Assembly: GCA_031396835.1 (NCBI GenBank)
Contig: JANNLO010000100.1
Location: 1 to 63,590, forward strand
Reading direction: 5' to 3'
Length of the DNA: 63,590 nucleotides
From: Snowella sp. SOY_38_metabat_116
GTDB lineage: Bacteria > Cyanobacteriota > Cyanobacteriia > Cyanobacteriales > Microcystaceae
The notes under the pieces were generated by a model that was not told the DNA's origin, did no database searches, and saw nothing but the letters and a program-made list of their open reading frames with translations. Of the stretch, positions 1-10,649 are shown piece by piece (position 1 is the first letter of the stretch; each line of letters starts with the position of its first letter). The position numbers were made by a program, and so were the translations under genes.

Positions 1-61
1 CTGCATAGCTGGGAAACACAAACGCGATCGCCATAATTCCCATTAAAAAAATACTTTTCAT
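1..61 (-). CDS. partial CDS (first 20 codons only; continues off the left edge), signal-peptide-like N-terminus
   Basis: Reverse strand ATG at 61..59 reads MKSIFLMGIMAIAFVFPSYA and remains open to position 1. Hydrophobic leader pattern only; too short for a product call. Confidence 0.3.
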   Translation of the reverse strand, partial: MKSIFLMGIMAIAFVFPSYA

Positions 62-243
62 AGATTGCCTTTGGTTTTTAGATTTTTGATTAAAAGATCT
101 CTTTGACTATAACATTTGCAGCTTTGAGCGAGAAACTAATGAATGACACTTGGGATTTTGGAATAATTTAAACTCTAAAGTATGGTTAGATTAAAGTTTA
201 TCAGAATTACTATTTATTTTCTAACTGAAAGTGACCGATTAAA

Positions 244-732
244 ATGACAAAACGATGGTTAGGAATTGATCCAGGATTAGCGATTATTGGTTGGGCGATC
301 TTAGAAGATCATGAACCCAAGGAACCGTCTTTAATGGATTATGGAACCATTGAAACACATAAAGGAATTCCGACACCCGCTCGATTATTAGAAATTGCCA
401 AGGATATGACGGCGATCGCCCAAGAATTTAGACCCGATCAAGTTGCCATTGAAATGCCATATTTTAGTCGGCAAATTAAAGCAGCAGGCGGAGTTATGCA
501 AGCATTAGGTGTCATCAATTTAGTCATTTATCAAGAGTTAAATTGTTTACCAATTATGCTTCATCAAGCTAGTTGGAAATGTCATTTGGGCCATGGGCGA
601 GCAACAAAAGATGAAGTTGCAGAGATTTTACAAAGTTTTTTTGGTTTAAAAGATTTGCCAATTGATGACAGTGTGGACGCGATCGGAATTGCCTTAGCTG
701 GACTCCAAGGTGTGCGTAATCAGATTAGTTAA
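244..732 (+). CDS. ruvC: crossover junction endodeoxyribonuclease RuvC
   Basis: 162 aa. N-terminal LGIDPGLAIIGWAIL catalytic-Asp motif. Length and C-terminal DSVDAIGIAL pattern are typical of RuvC. Confidence 0.85.
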   Translation: MTKRWLGIDPGLAIIGWAILEDHEPKEPSLMDYGTIETHKGIPTPARLLEIAKDMTAIAQEFRPDQVAIEMPYFSRQIKAAGGVMQALGVINLVIYQELNCLPIMLHQASWKCHLGHGRATKDEVAEILQSFFGLKDLPIDDSVDAIGIALAGLQGVRNQIS

Positions 733-846
733 ATTTCTGGGTTTAATATTAATAAAAAGGAGATCGCTGCTCGTTTAAATAATTGTGAATTTAGTCAATT
801 TACGAATTGCCATTTCATCAAATTCTAGGAACTGTTCTAGATATTT

Positions 847-1779
847 TTAGACATTGGAATATAAACTATTGCGTAAAATCGTGTAGCCCTTAATTAATTC
901 CCGAATTCCTCTTCCTAAAGGCCATTCTGGCTCAAAACCCGTACTTAAAATGCGCTGATTAGAAACAATATAATCTCGTTTATCTGGATCTTCTCCAATA
1001 GGAGCTTCTAAATAAACAAAATTAGGTAAATACTTTTGGATTTCATGACAAAGTTCTAGCTTAGACAAATTTGCATCTTCTAATCCCACATTATAGGGTT
1101 TGCCTTTCATTTGCTCAAAATTTTCAATACCATGTAAAAAAACTTTGACAGCATCTCGAATATGAATATAGTTGCGCTTAAAATGACCTTCAAAAATTAC
1201 AACAGCGCGGTCATGAACGGCTCGATAAACAAAATCATTCACCAATAAATCCATCCGCATCCGAGGAGACATCCCAAAAACAGTTGCCAGCCTGAAAGTC
1301 ATTCCGTTTTCCCGTTCTAGAATTGCTTTTTCTGCTTCAACTTTAGTCACACCATAAAGAGAAATTGGACGCAAGGGACTTTCTTCGGTGCAAAATTTAC
1401 CTGCTTCGCCAATGCCATAGCCGCTATTAGTAACGGGCATCAAAATCCGTTGACTTTTGCTAGCTAATCGACATAACAATTGGATTGCTTCTAAATTAAT
1501 AGTTTGAGTTCCAATCTTATCTCGGCTACAAAGGGGTGCGCCCACTAAAGCTGCTAAGGGAATAATAGCATCAGCGTCTTTTAATAATGTTTGCATTAGG
1601 GATTCATCTCGACAGTCTCCCCGAACGACATTAAATGTATCGTATTGACAACATTCTGCTAGGCTATTTTGACGAAACATGAAGCTATCTAGCACTGTGA
1701 CTTCGTAGCCTTGAGCCAGTAAAGTTGGGGCTAAAACTGAGCCAATATATCCCGCACCACCAGTAATCAAAATCTTCAT
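847..1779 (-). CDS. NAD-dependent epimerase/dehydratase (extended SDR)
   Basis: N-terminal GGAGYIGS Rossmann motif and YGVTK (YxxxK) catalytic motif. Last gene of the wzm-wzt operon. Confidence 0.85.
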   Translation of the reverse strand: MKILITGGAGYIGSVLAPTLLAQGYEVTVLDSFMFRQNSLAECCQYDTFNVVRGDCRDESLMQTLLKDADAIIPLAALVGAPLCSRDKIGTQTINLEAIQLLCRLASKSQRILMPVTNSGYGIGEAGKFCTEESPLRPISLYGVTKVEAEKAILERENGMTFRLATVFGMSPRMRMDLLVNDFVYRAVHDRAVVIFEGHFKRNYIHIRDAVKVFLHGIENFEQMKGKPYNVGLEDANLSKLELCHEIQKYLPNFVYLEAPIGEDPDKRDYIVSNQRILSTGFEPEWPLGRGIRELIKGYTILRNSLYSNV

Positions 1780-1782
1780 AAT

Positions 1783-2547
1783 TTAACCTTGGTTTCTTTC
1801 TGCATCAATCTGTTGAACGGATTCTAAATAATGACTAATAGTTTCTTCAGTGTTACCTGCAAAGCGAATTTTGCCTCGGTCTAGCCAGATAGTACGCTGA
1901 CAAGATTGCTGAATAAATTCTAGTCCATGTGATACTACCAGAATAGTGGTGTGGTGATCCCACAATTTATCGATTCGTTCTTGACATTTATGTTTAAAAC
2001 TTTCGTCTCCCACTGATAAAACTTCATCCAAAATTAAAATGTCAGGTTGCACATCTGTTGCGATCGCAAATCCTAACCTAGCACTCATTCCAGAAGACAA
2101 AGATTTAACGGGAGCAAACGTATAATCTTGAAGTTCAGCAAAATCTAGAATCGACAAAACCCGTTCTTTCATTTCTTGTCGAGAAAATCCTAACATAACG
2201 CCATAAAGCACAATATTATCTCGCACCGAAAGTTCAGGGTCAAAACCAGCCCCTAATTCAATTAAAGGCGCAATTTCACCTTTTACCCAAAGATTTCCGC
2301 TTGTTGGTTTTAAAATTCCGCAAATTAATTTTAAGATCGTCGATTTTCCTGAGCCATTGGAACCAATAATGCCGACTTTTTCACCAGCCGTGACAACCAG
2401 ATCAACCTTATCAAGAATCAGTTTTTTTGATGGTTCACGATATTTTCCCTCCAAAAAAGATAAAAGGGTTTTCTTGAGATCGTAGGAAAACTCTTCTTGG
2501 GTTCTCCGATACAGAGAAACTTGGTCTAAGCGAATAACTTCTGTCAT
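1783..2547 (-). CDS. polysaccharide/O-antigen ABC exporter ATP-binding protein (Wzt/TagH-like)
   Basis: Walker A GSNGSGKST, signature LSSGMSARL, Walker B ILILDE. Sits directly downstream of an ABC-2 permease. Confidence 0.85.
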   Translation of the reverse strand: MTEVIRLDQVSLYRRTQEEFSYDLKKTLLSFLEGKYREPSKKLILDKVDLVVTAGEKVGIIGSNGSGKSTILKLICGILKPTSGNLWVKGEIAPLIELGAGFDPELSVRDNIVLYGVMLGFSRQEMKERVLSILDFAELQDYTFAPVKSLSSGMSARLGFAIATDVQPDILILDEVLSVGDESFKHKCQERIDKLWDHHTTILVVSHGLEFIQQSCQRTIWLDRGKIRFAGNTEETISHYLESVQQIDAERNQG

Positions 2548-2565
2548 TTAAAAATCGGTTAAAAT

Positions 2566-3369
2566 CTACAATAAATCCATAAATTGATCTTGAAAGGCTC
2601 TAAAAACAAACCAGCCAACTGCCAAAAGAATAATACCATTGAGTAAGGAATGAATGAGTAAATCCCAAGGTAAATTTCCTGATAAAGAAACTTCACGAAT
2701 ACTTTGAATGATTGGAAATAAAGGATTAAGGTATAAAAAAGGTCGGACTTGAGGCGGAACAATTTCGACGGGATAAAAAATAGGTGAACCCATCCAGAGG
2801 GTAAAAGTAACTAATTCATAAAAATAAGGTAAATCTCTAAAGAAAACATATAAAGCACTGACCAAAAAACCTACGCCTGTACAAACCAACGCCAGACCGA
2901 TTAAGGGACAAAGCAAAGCCAAAATATAGAGGGGATTTTTACTATGAATAAGCGTAACAATCACCAACAAAGGAAGTGGGCCAACGACAAATTGAAAAAC
3001 GTTAGCTAAAATCATCGACAAAGGAAAAACACTAATGGGAAGACGAATTTTATTCATCAAACCCCCACTACCAACGACGCTTGCCAATGCCTGACTAGTC
3101 GATGACGAAAAAAAGTTAATGACAATTAAGCCTGTAAAAGCAGCTAAAACGTAATTAATAATGGAATTATCAAAATATGTCTTAAAAGCTGTCCCAAAAA
3201 TAGCAGTATAAAGCCCTGTCATGATCAAGGGATTAAGCAATGACCAATAAACTCCTAAGATCGAACCCCGATAGCGTCCTTTTAAATTCCGCTCAACTAA
3301 TATGTGTAGTAGCTCCACGTATCGCTGTAATGGCGACCATTTGGAGTGCTTTGTTAAGGACAAGGACAT
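2566..3369 (-). CDS. ABC-2 type polysaccharide exporter permease (Wzm-like)
   Basis: 267 aa with about six hydrophobic spans. N-terminal RNLKGRYRGSILGVYWSLLNP motif is typical of ABC-2 Wzm/TagG permeases. Confidence 0.8.
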   Translation of the reverse strand: MSLSLTKHSKWSPLQRYVELLHILVERNLKGRYRGSILGVYWSLLNPLIMTGLYTAIFGTAFKTYFDNSIINYVLAAFTGLIVINFFSSSTSQALASVVGSGGLMNKIRLPISVFPLSMILANVFQFVVGPLPLLVIVTLIHSKNPLYILALLCPLIGLALVCTGVGFLVSALYVFFRDLPYFYELVTFTLWMGSPIFYPVEIVPPQVRPFLYLNPLFPIIQSIREVSLSGNLPWDLLIHSLLNGIILLAVGWFVFRAFQDQFMDLL

Positions 3370-3544
3370 AAAGTTTAGGTTGGCTCTTTTATATATTTAT
3401 TCTGCTAGATTGCCATTTTATCATAGTCGTTCCTTTTATCGAGTGTTCTAAGTGCAGTAAAACTTTAAAATGAAAACGTATGCAAAGGGATCAATTCCGC
3501 TAAACTGAGGATTGGTTTATTTGCATTTATCACAAAAATTCGGT

Positions 3545-3739
3545 ATGGAAATTGGTCAAAAAGTTAAGGTTTATCGTTTAAGAGACCGTGTTTCCCAAAA
3601 TATTGTGGGAAAGCTTGGCAAAGTGGGAATTATTCAAGATTTCAAAATGACAGATGGCAGTGGTGTTGGTGCGGTGGTTGTTTTTGAAGATAAAACCGCG
3701 ACTTGGTTCTTTGAGGATGAACTAAAATTACTTGAATAA
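3545..3739 (+). CDS. petP: cytochrome b6f-associated small protein PetP (DUF2862-like)
   Basis: MEIGQKVKVYRLRDRVSQ...FKMTDGSGVG...TWFFEDE closely resembles my memory of Synechocystis Ssr2998. The ATG at 3545 is preferred over the TTG at 3512 used by the ORF track. Confidence 0.6.
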   Translation: MEIGQKVKVYRLRDRVSQNIVGKLGKVGIIQDFKMTDGSGVGAVVVFEDKTATWFFEDELKLLE

Positions 3740-3785
3740 AAAATTGTTTAAATTTTAAAATAGAGTTTTTTGTTAGCAAATTTTT

Positions 3786-4880
3786 ATGACGCTAATTACT
3801 ACGTTTTTGGGGAAAGGTGGAACGGGTCGAACAACAACTGCGATCGCGGTGGCTAAAAAGTTAGCTCGTTTGGGTTCTCGTGTTCTGATAGTAGGCCAAG
3901 ATCCAGCTTTGGGTTTTATTTTAAAAACGTCCCTGACGACAAATGTTACTGAAATTGAACCTCATTTAGCGGCGGCGCAACTGGCTTCTACAATGCTTTT
4001 AGAGCAAGGTTGGGAACAAATTAAGGATCTAGAGTCTAAATATTTGCGATCGCCTACCCTAAAGCAAATCTATGGGCAAGAACTCGGTGTTTTTCCTGGC
4101 ATGGATGAAATTCTTACCCTAAATGCGCTGCGTGAATATAGTCAGAGCGGGAATTATGATGTCATTATTTATGACGGGCCAGGAAATCTAAATACGCTAC
4201 GAATGCTCGGTATTCCAGAAATTGGGAGTTGGTATTGGCGACGCTTTCGACAAGTTTTACAAGATTCTGATGTGGTTAAAACCGTTGCTCCTTTTTTTCA
4301 GGCGATCGCGGGGGCCGTGTTCAATTTCTCTGGAAATTTTGAGCAATTATCCCAAGAGTCCCAAAACCCTGAAACTTTATTAAAAGAAGGAATCAAGGCA
4401 CTCAATGATCCCAACCGTTTTGCCGCTTATCTTGTCACCACACCCGATCCTTTGTCGATTTTAACTGCGAAATCTCTCTGGGGAGGTGCGCAACAAATTG
4501 GATTAACGGTGAAGGGAGTTTTTGTTAATAGAAAAGGTTTAACGGAGAATCAGAATCTTGTCACAGAATTTAATCCTCTTTCAATAACAACAATTCCTAA
4601 CTCTTTAGAAAACGATTGGGATAGTTTAATAAACGCTGTTCCAGATATTCGCCAAATTCAGAATGTTCCCCAACCTTTAAAAATTGATGTGGCCGCTCGA
4701 CAAGTTCAAGTTTTTTTACCAGGGTTTGCAAAAAATCAAGTTAAATTAACCCAATATGGCCCCGAAATTACGATTGAAGCGGGCGATCAACGGCGAAATA
4801 TTGCACTTCCTCCCGCCTTAATTGGTCAGCCAGTAACAGGAGCAAAATTTCAAAATGGATATTTGATTATCTCGTTTTAA
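3786..4880 (+). CDS. ArsA/GET3-family ATPase
   Basis: Deviant Walker A GKGGTGRTTTAIAVA, P-loop NTPase layout, and a C-terminal beta-rich (HSP20/CS-like) tail. Confidence 0.75.
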   Translation: MTLITTFLGKGGTGRTTTAIAVAKKLARLGSRVLIVGQDPALGFILKTSLTTNVTEIEPHLAAAQLASTMLLEQGWEQIKDLESKYLRSPTLKQIYGQELGVFPGMDEILTLNALREYSQSGNYDVIIYDGPGNLNTLRMLGIPEIGSWYWRRFRQVLQDSDVVKTVAPFFQAIAGAVFNFSGNFEQLSQESQNPETLLKEGIKALNDPNRFAAYLVTTPDPLSILTAKSLWGGAQQIGLTVKGVFVNRKGLTENQNLVTEFNPLSITTIPNSLENDWDSLINAVPDIRQIQNVPQPLKIDVAARQVQVFLPGFAKNQVKLTQYGPEITIEAGDQRRNIALPPALIGQPVTGAKFQNGYLIISF

Positions 4881-4939
4881 ATTTTCTTCTAAGTTTTAAT
4901 ATTTAAAATTAAAGCTGAATAAAAACCAAATATTTCAGC

Positions 4940-5632
4940 TTATTTTTCGGTAACAATTGCCAAAATCAAATCTAGAGCTTCACCGAGATTATTAACAATA
5001 AAATTCGGTTGATATTGTTCTAATTGTTGGCGATCGCGTATTCCTGAAAGAACACCAACAAAGGGAATATTATAAGCTTTAGCGGCTGCAATATCAGCTT
5101 CGGTATCTCCAACCATCCAAACATTTTCAATAGCAGGTAATTCCTTTAATGCTCGTTCCATTAATCGGGGTTTATCTTGCACATCGGTAGTTTTCAGATA
5201 ATCATTACTCAAACAATAACGTTGCGATGGCGAAAAAAAACGTCCTAAATTATGAGATTTAAGAGCATAATCTAATTCTCGAACTCGTCGCATTGTCATC
5301 ACAACTAAATCCAGATTCAAAGATTGAATTTTTTCTAAAATAGCGATCGCATTAGGAACAGGTTGATCATAAATTAAATAGGGTAAAGTATGGACTGTTT
5401 GACGGCGTAATGCAGAAAATCGCTGAGCTTGTTCTTTATTTAATCCTGAGATCAAACCAATTTCTTTTTCGGGAATTTGAGCGCGTTTTAGTTGCCAAAA
5501 TTGGGATTTAGAAAGCAAATTTACCAGTTGATTTTGTTGCTTAATTTTTGTTAAACAATATTGATAAACTTGATAATATCTTTCAGAAACATCCATAATT
5601 GGGCCATCAAAATCGGTAATTAATCTCAGCAT
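4940..5632 (-). CDS. HAD-superfamily hydrolase
   Basis: Motif I DFDGPIMD near the N-terminus and motif IV GDTEADI. Confidence 0.75.
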   Translation of the reverse strand: MLRLITDFDGPIMDVSERYYQVYQYCLTKIKQQNQLVNLLSKSQFWQLKRAQIPEKEIGLISGLNKEQAQRFSALRRQTVHTLPYLIYDQPVPNAIAILEKIQSLNLDLVVMTMRRVRELDYALKSHNLGRFFSPSQRYCLSNDYLKTTDVQDKPRLMERALKELPAIENVWMVGDTEADIAAAKAYNIPFVGVLSGIRDRQQLEQYQPNFIVNNLGEALDLILAIVTEK

Positions 5633-5884
5633 TTAGCTTCATCTTCAAAATAGTTAAGTTCGACTTCTAAAGTAGCTTAAGAAATAATTAAAAGCAATCT
5701 TCTCCAAATTTTCATTTCTACTTTCTATATTGATTTTTCAGAATAAACAAAATTATTTTTTTCGCATGATCACCGAGTTAAAATGAGATTAGTTGAAATT
5801 TAACTATTTAGGGTTTACGAATTACGGTAATATTTGTAGTTGGCTCTTAAATGCGTGCCGACAGCCTAATGGTGCATCAGGATA

Positions 5885-6742
5885 TTGAGTGTAGTGGACT
5901 TAAATCAGATTTTTCAGACTAAAAGCCCGATTATTGGGGTAGTTCATCTGTTGCCCTTGCCCACTTCAGCCCGTTGGGGAGGGAGTCTTAAGGCCGTTAT
6001 TGAACGAGCAGAACAAGAAGCAACCGCATTGGCCGCAGGGGGCATTGATGGCATTATTGTCGAGAATTTTTTTGATGCGCCTTTTACAAAGGATCAAGTT
6101 AATCCGGCGGCGATTAGTGCGATGACGTTGATTGTGGACAGAATTATGAATTTAGTTGTCGTTCCTGTAGGACTCAATCTTTTACGCAATGATGCAAAAG
6201 GGGCTTTGGCGATCGCGTCTTGTGTGAATGCCCAATTTATTCGAGTTAATGTGCTTAATGGCATCATGGCTACAGATCAGGGATTGATTGAAGGAAATGC
6301 CCATGAAATATTGCGATTTAGACGAGAATTGGGGTCTGATATTGCTATTTTTGCTGATGTTTTAGTTAAACACGCTCGACCCTTGGGAACACCCAATTTA
6401 ACAACGGCGGTTCAAGACACGATTGAACGTAGTTTGGCCGATGCAGTAATTCTTTCTGGTTGGGCAACAGGCAGTCCTCCTAGTCTAGAAGATTTGGAAT
6501 TGGCAACGGCCGCCGCGAAAGGAACACCAGTTTTAATCGGAAGTGGAGCTAATTGGGACAATATTGGGCAATTAATGCAAGCGGCTGATGGGGTAATTGT
6601 GGCCAGTTCTCTTAAACGTCAGGGCGTTATTTCAGAACCGATTGATCCGATTCGGGTTGCTCAATTTGTAGAAGCCGCTCGGGAAGTCAGTGCAAATAAA
6701 TTGATAGAAAAAAAAACTGCTCCTCTGCTTAATTCTGTCTAA
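5885..6742 (+). CDS. btpA: BtpA/SgcQ family protein (photosystem I biogenesis BtpA)
   Basis: 285 aa TIM-barrel-like pattern IIGVVHLLPLP...GIIVENF...RVNV, typical of BtpA. The start is TTG as given by the track. Confidence 0.75.
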   Translation: MSVVDLNQIFQTKSPIIGVVHLLPLPTSARWGGSLKAVIERAEQEATALAAGGIDGIIVENFFDAPFTKDQVNPAAISAMTLIVDRIMNLVVVPVGLNLLRNDAKGALAIASCVNAQFIRVNVLNGIMATDQGLIEGNAHEILRFRRELGSDIAIFADVLVKHARPLGTPNLTTAVQDTIERSLADAVILSGWATGSPPSLEDLELATAAAKGTPVLIGSGANWDNIGQLMQAADGVIVASSLKRQGVISEPIDPIRVAQFVEAAREVSANKLIEKKTAPLLNSV

Positions 6743-6878
6743 TTGTCTAATTTAAAACAAACGAGATTTTGTGCTATTTAGTTTCTACAAACAGAGAATT
6801 TAAACTGCTGTCGCGGCTCAATATTTATTACTAAACCAACATATTGCATCTTATTTGAGAATCATTTTTAAGTTAATT

Positions 6879-7829
6879 TTATTGACGATTATGAGGCAGA
6901 TTAAAGTCAAGAATTGGCCCTGTTGGAATAATAGCAGAAGGATTTAGCCAAGGATGACTTAAATAATAATGTTGCTTAATATGATTCAAATTGCACGTTG
7001 ATTTTACGTCGTCATATTGATATAAATCTCGCAGGTAATTCCAAAGATTAGGATATTCATAAATGTGGCGTAAATTACATTTGAAATGGACATAATAAAC
7101 GGCATCAAACCGCAATAAAGTGGTAAAGAAACACCAATCGGCTTCGGTAATGCGATCGCCACACAGATAACGTTGCTGCTCTAAAACTGATTCCCAATGA
7201 TCTAGGTTTTGAAAAAGTTCAGTCACGGCTTCTTCATAGGCAATTTGAGAAGTGGCAAATCCAGCCCGATAAACTCCATTATTAATTGGTTGATAAATAG
7301 CATCAATCGTTTGATCAATTTTTTCCTGTAATTCGGGTGGACAAAAATCCGTCGGGTTAACCGCGATCGCCTGAAATTCATGATCCAGCATTCGGATAAT
7401 TTCACGAGATTCATTATTAACAATTGCATGGGTTTGTTTATCCCAAAGAATCGGCACTGTCACCCGTCCTGTGTAGTCAGCTTTGGCGAGAACATAAATT
7501 TCACTCAAATACTGCTTTTGGTTCACGTTATCGGGAATTGCTCCCGCAGCATCGCTAAACCACCAACCTTCATCACCCATATAAGGATCAACAATTGAGA
7601 CAGTAATCGCTGTTTCTAATCCCTTAATTTTTCTCATAATTAGGGTGCGGTGAGCCCAAGGACAAGCCAAGGAAACATAAAGATGATAACGACCTGCTTC
7701 GGGTTTAAATTCACTGTCGCAGTTTATCTGAGAACGAAAAGTTGTTGGCTGACGTTGGAAACGCCCTTGATTATCTTGTACATATTCTTTGCGATACCAT
7801 TGACCGTCAATCAGCATTCCTGTTGCCAT
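6879..7829 (-). CDS. glutathionyl-hydroquinone reductase (Xi/omega-like GST, YqjG/ECM4 family)
   Basis: CPWAHR active-site motif after RYHLYVSLA. 316 aa. Confidence 0.8.
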   Translation of the reverse strand: MATGMLIDGQWYRKEYVQDNQGRFQRQPTTFRSQINCDSEFKPEAGRYHLYVSLACPWAHRTLIMRKIKGLETAITVSIVDPYMGDEGWWFSDAAGAIPDNVNQKQYLSEIYVLAKADYTGRVTVPILWDKQTHAIVNNESREIIRMLDHEFQAIAVNPTDFCPPELQEKIDQTIDAIYQPINNGVYRAGFATSQIAYEEAVTELFQNLDHWESVLEQQRYLCGDRITEADWCFFTTLLRFDAVYYVHFKCNLRHIYEYPNLWNYLRDLYQYDDVKSTCNLNHIKQHYYLSHPWLNPSAIIPTGPILDFNLPHNRQ

Positions 7830-7884
7830 GATTTTTTCTCCTGTTGAATTTTTAAACTTTAATAAATGAGTTGAATTAGCTTTT

Positions 7885-8517
7885 TTAAACTTGATAATGA
7901 TTAACCTTTTTCACAAAATTGGCCAGAATTTTTAAGCCTAAATCAGCCGATTTTTCGGGGTGAAATTGAACTGCCATAAGATTATTTTTGGCGATCGCGG
8001 CGGTAATAGTTTGTTTTCCATGGGTAACAGTAGCGGCTCTCACTTGTGGATCAACGGGATCAACATAGTAGGAATGGACAAAATAAACATAAGGATTTTC
8101 GGGTAAATCTTGCCAAAGAAAATGGTTCTCTTGGGTAAATTTTAAGCCATTCCAACCCATGTGAGGAATCGTGAGTTCAGGTTCTGACTGAAAACGCCGT
8201 ACTTTACCTGGAATAATTCCTAAACCTGTTTCTGTGCCTTCTTCTGATTCATCAAATAAAATTTGTAATCCTAGACAAATTCCTAAAAAAGGTTTGCCTG
8301 ATGCGATCGCGTCCCGAATTGGCCCCACTAAATGGCGATCGCGTAATTGTCTAACTGCTGGATCAAAAGAACCAACACCTGGCAAAACGACACCATCGGC
8401 AGCAGCGAGATCGGCGGGAGAATGGGTCACTTTCGGGTTAGCTCCGACTTTTTCTAGCCCTTTACAAGCCGAGTGGAGATTGCCCATGTCGTAGTCAATA
8501 ACGGCGATAAATCCCAT
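7885..8517 (-). CDS. hisH: imidazole glycerol phosphate synthase, glutamine amidotransferase subunit HisH
   Basis: IAVIDYDMGNLHS, the nucleophile elbow GICLGLQ, and FVHSYY / QFHPEKS motifs. Confidence 0.9.
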   Translation of the reverse strand: MGFIAVIDYDMGNLHSACKGLEKVGANPKVTHSPADLAAADGVVLPGVGSFDPAVRQLRDRHLVGPIRDAIASGKPFLGICLGLQILFDESEEGTETGLGIIPGKVRRFQSEPELTIPHMGWNGLKFTQENHFLWQDLPENPYVYFVHSYYVDPVDPQVRAATVTHGKQTITAAIAKNNLMAVQFHPEKSADLGLKILANFVKKVNHYQV

Positions 8518-8571
8518 TTTTTTAAATTAAAGACAAGTCAACTTTATTTTAATTGAATGTTGAATTTAGAC

Positions 8572-9525
8572 TTAACGGAATTTTACAAAACCAAAGAATA
8601 AAATTAAAATTCCAAACCCTAAACGATACCAAATAAAAATCCAAGTATTATTTTTCTGTAAATATTTTAATAACCACGCGATCGCCAAATAAGAAAAAAC
8701 TGCTGCCGAAATAATGCCAATAAGCAAAGGAAACACCGTATCCCCAGAAATTCCTGCCTTAAAAACATCTTTTAATTCCACTAAACCCGCTAAAGTGATC
8801 GCTGGAATCCCTAATAAAAAAGAATATCTTGCTGCCGTTGCCCGTTCCAAATTAATAAATAATCCCGCCGTCAAAGTCGAACCCGATCGCGAAACACCTG
8901 GAATAAGAGCCATCGCCTGAGCTAAACCCAAAATAATCCCGTCTTGCCAACGCAACTTTTCATAGGGACGACGATGAGTTCCTACTTTTTCAGCGAATGC
9001 CAATAATAACGCCATAAAAATAGAAGCGATCGCGATCGTTGTTAAACTTCGTAGCGGAGAATTATCTAAATCAGGAACCAGAATTTTTAACAACAAACCA
9101 AAAATAACAATCGGTATCGTTCCCAGCCCAATTCCCAAAGCCAATTTAAATTCAAGGGAATCATACTCTTTCGTTTTGATTGCCTTAATCATTCCCAAAG
9201 TAATTTGTGATAAATCATCCCAAAAATACCAAATAACCGCCGCAATACTTCCTAATTGAATAACCGCAGTATAAGCAACGCCTGGATCGCCCCAACCCAA
9301 AGCCAAAGGAATAACTTTTAAGTGAGCCGTGCTACTGATGGGCAAAAACTCCGTCAAGCCTTGAATAAGTCCCAAAACCAATGCCTGAAACCAGCTAATC
9401 TGAGACGATTTTTCTGTTGCAGTTTCTAGCACTGGCTGGGCATTAACCAGAGCATTATTCAGGGTAAAAGTTGTCATCCCGATTAACCCGCAGAAACCAA
9501 AAAAGCCAAATTTACGTAAAAGCAT
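8572..9525 (-). CDS. uppP: undecaprenyl-diphosphate phosphatase
   Basis: EFLPISSTAH and PGVSRSGSTL motifs in a polytopic protein. About 40 aa of N-terminal extension relative to typical UppP. Confidence 0.85.
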   Translation of the reverse strand: MLLRKFGFFGFCGLIGMTTFTLNNALVNAQPVLETATEKSSQISWFQALVLGLIQGLTEFLPISSTAHLKVIPLALGWGDPGVAYTAVIQLGSIAAVIWYFWDDLSQITLGMIKAIKTKEYDSLEFKLALGIGLGTIPIVIFGLLLKILVPDLDNSPLRSLTTIAIASIFMALLLAFAEKVGTHRRPYEKLRWQDGIILGLAQAMALIPGVSRSGSTLTAGLFINLERATAARYSFLLGIPAITLAGLVELKDVFKAGISGDTVFPLLIGIISAAVFSYLAIAWLLKYLQKNNTWIFIWYRLGFGILILFFGFVKFR

Positions 9526-9908
9526 TATCTTGAGTTATCCAAAAGGGCTAAAAGATTTTAACTTGAAAATGCAGCAAAATTTTCCCATTTTTCTCCCCAC
9601 TCTTTTTACAGTACACAAATACTATCAAAAACTGTTTTCATAAAAAATCATTCTCGCCACACTCAATCTTAAAAAGGCTGATAATTTACGCGTTTTTCAG
9701 TGATTTTGCGCAATAATCATGGGGAAGTGCGGAATAAAATTTGCTTTTAGGATTAATTTTTTTAATGAAAGCTCAGGTTTCTCAAGAAGAATTACGATGA
9801 TTTAGTACAAAATACTTGACAGCAATAAAAATTTGTAGTTCCATTAAAGGTTAGGGGTGTAAGGACTCTTGTTCACTTACATCATTTATTTTCCAAGAGA
9901 TTAAAAAA

Positions 9909-10115
9909 ATGGCTGACACTACGATTACGGGTAAAGTTAAGTTTTTCAACGAGACAAAAGGTTTTGGTTTCATTACACCAGACAATGGCTCGTCGGATGT
10001 TTTCGTCCATGTCTCAGCTATTGCTGGAGATAGTTTAACTGAAGGGCAAGCGGTGCAATTTACTGTTGTTAATGGTAAGAAAGGCCCTCAAGCTGACAAG
10101 GTGTCATTACTCTAG
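9909..10115 (+). CDS. cold-shock domain protein (CspA family)
   Basis: 68 aa. RNP1 KGFGFI and RNP2 VFVH motifs. Long 5' leader region upstream. Confidence 0.9.
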   Translation: MADTTITGKVKFFNETKGFGFITPDNGSSDVFVHVSAIAGDSLTEGQAVQFTVVNGKKGPQADKVSLL

Positions 10116-10649
10116 ATTTAGATTTCTAGGCATTAATTACTGTCTCTCACTACTTTCTCTATCTAATGATTAGTGAAAAATAGCTGAGAGTTTGTATTAA
10201 ATAGACATTACCTAAAATAGCTAATTAAAAAATTCTTGGAATAGAATCATAATAAAAAATCACAATAAAATTTTAGAATTTTACGATTTTACCTAATTAG
10301 CTTTGTCACTCCAGCAACAAGCTTTAGTGGCAGAGTAAGATTCATTACCCGATTTTCAAAAATAGCGATCGCCAACGAACCCAAAATACCTATACCTTTA
10401 GTTAAGAGAAAAATTACCCAATTATCTTTTTAGCTAATGGCATTATTTACGGGAAGTTAAGTTGATGTTAAAGCTGATAAATTCTCTACTTTACTGAAGT
10501 GGGGAGTTTTTTTATGATTTCCATCAACAATTGAATTTTAGATCTCAAAATTTAACCCCTAAATTGTTAACCCTGAACAGAACAAGAGGGCTAAAACTCA
10601 CGTACACTAAGATTTTCTCGTCTTATAACCCAAACTCATTAATAAATTT

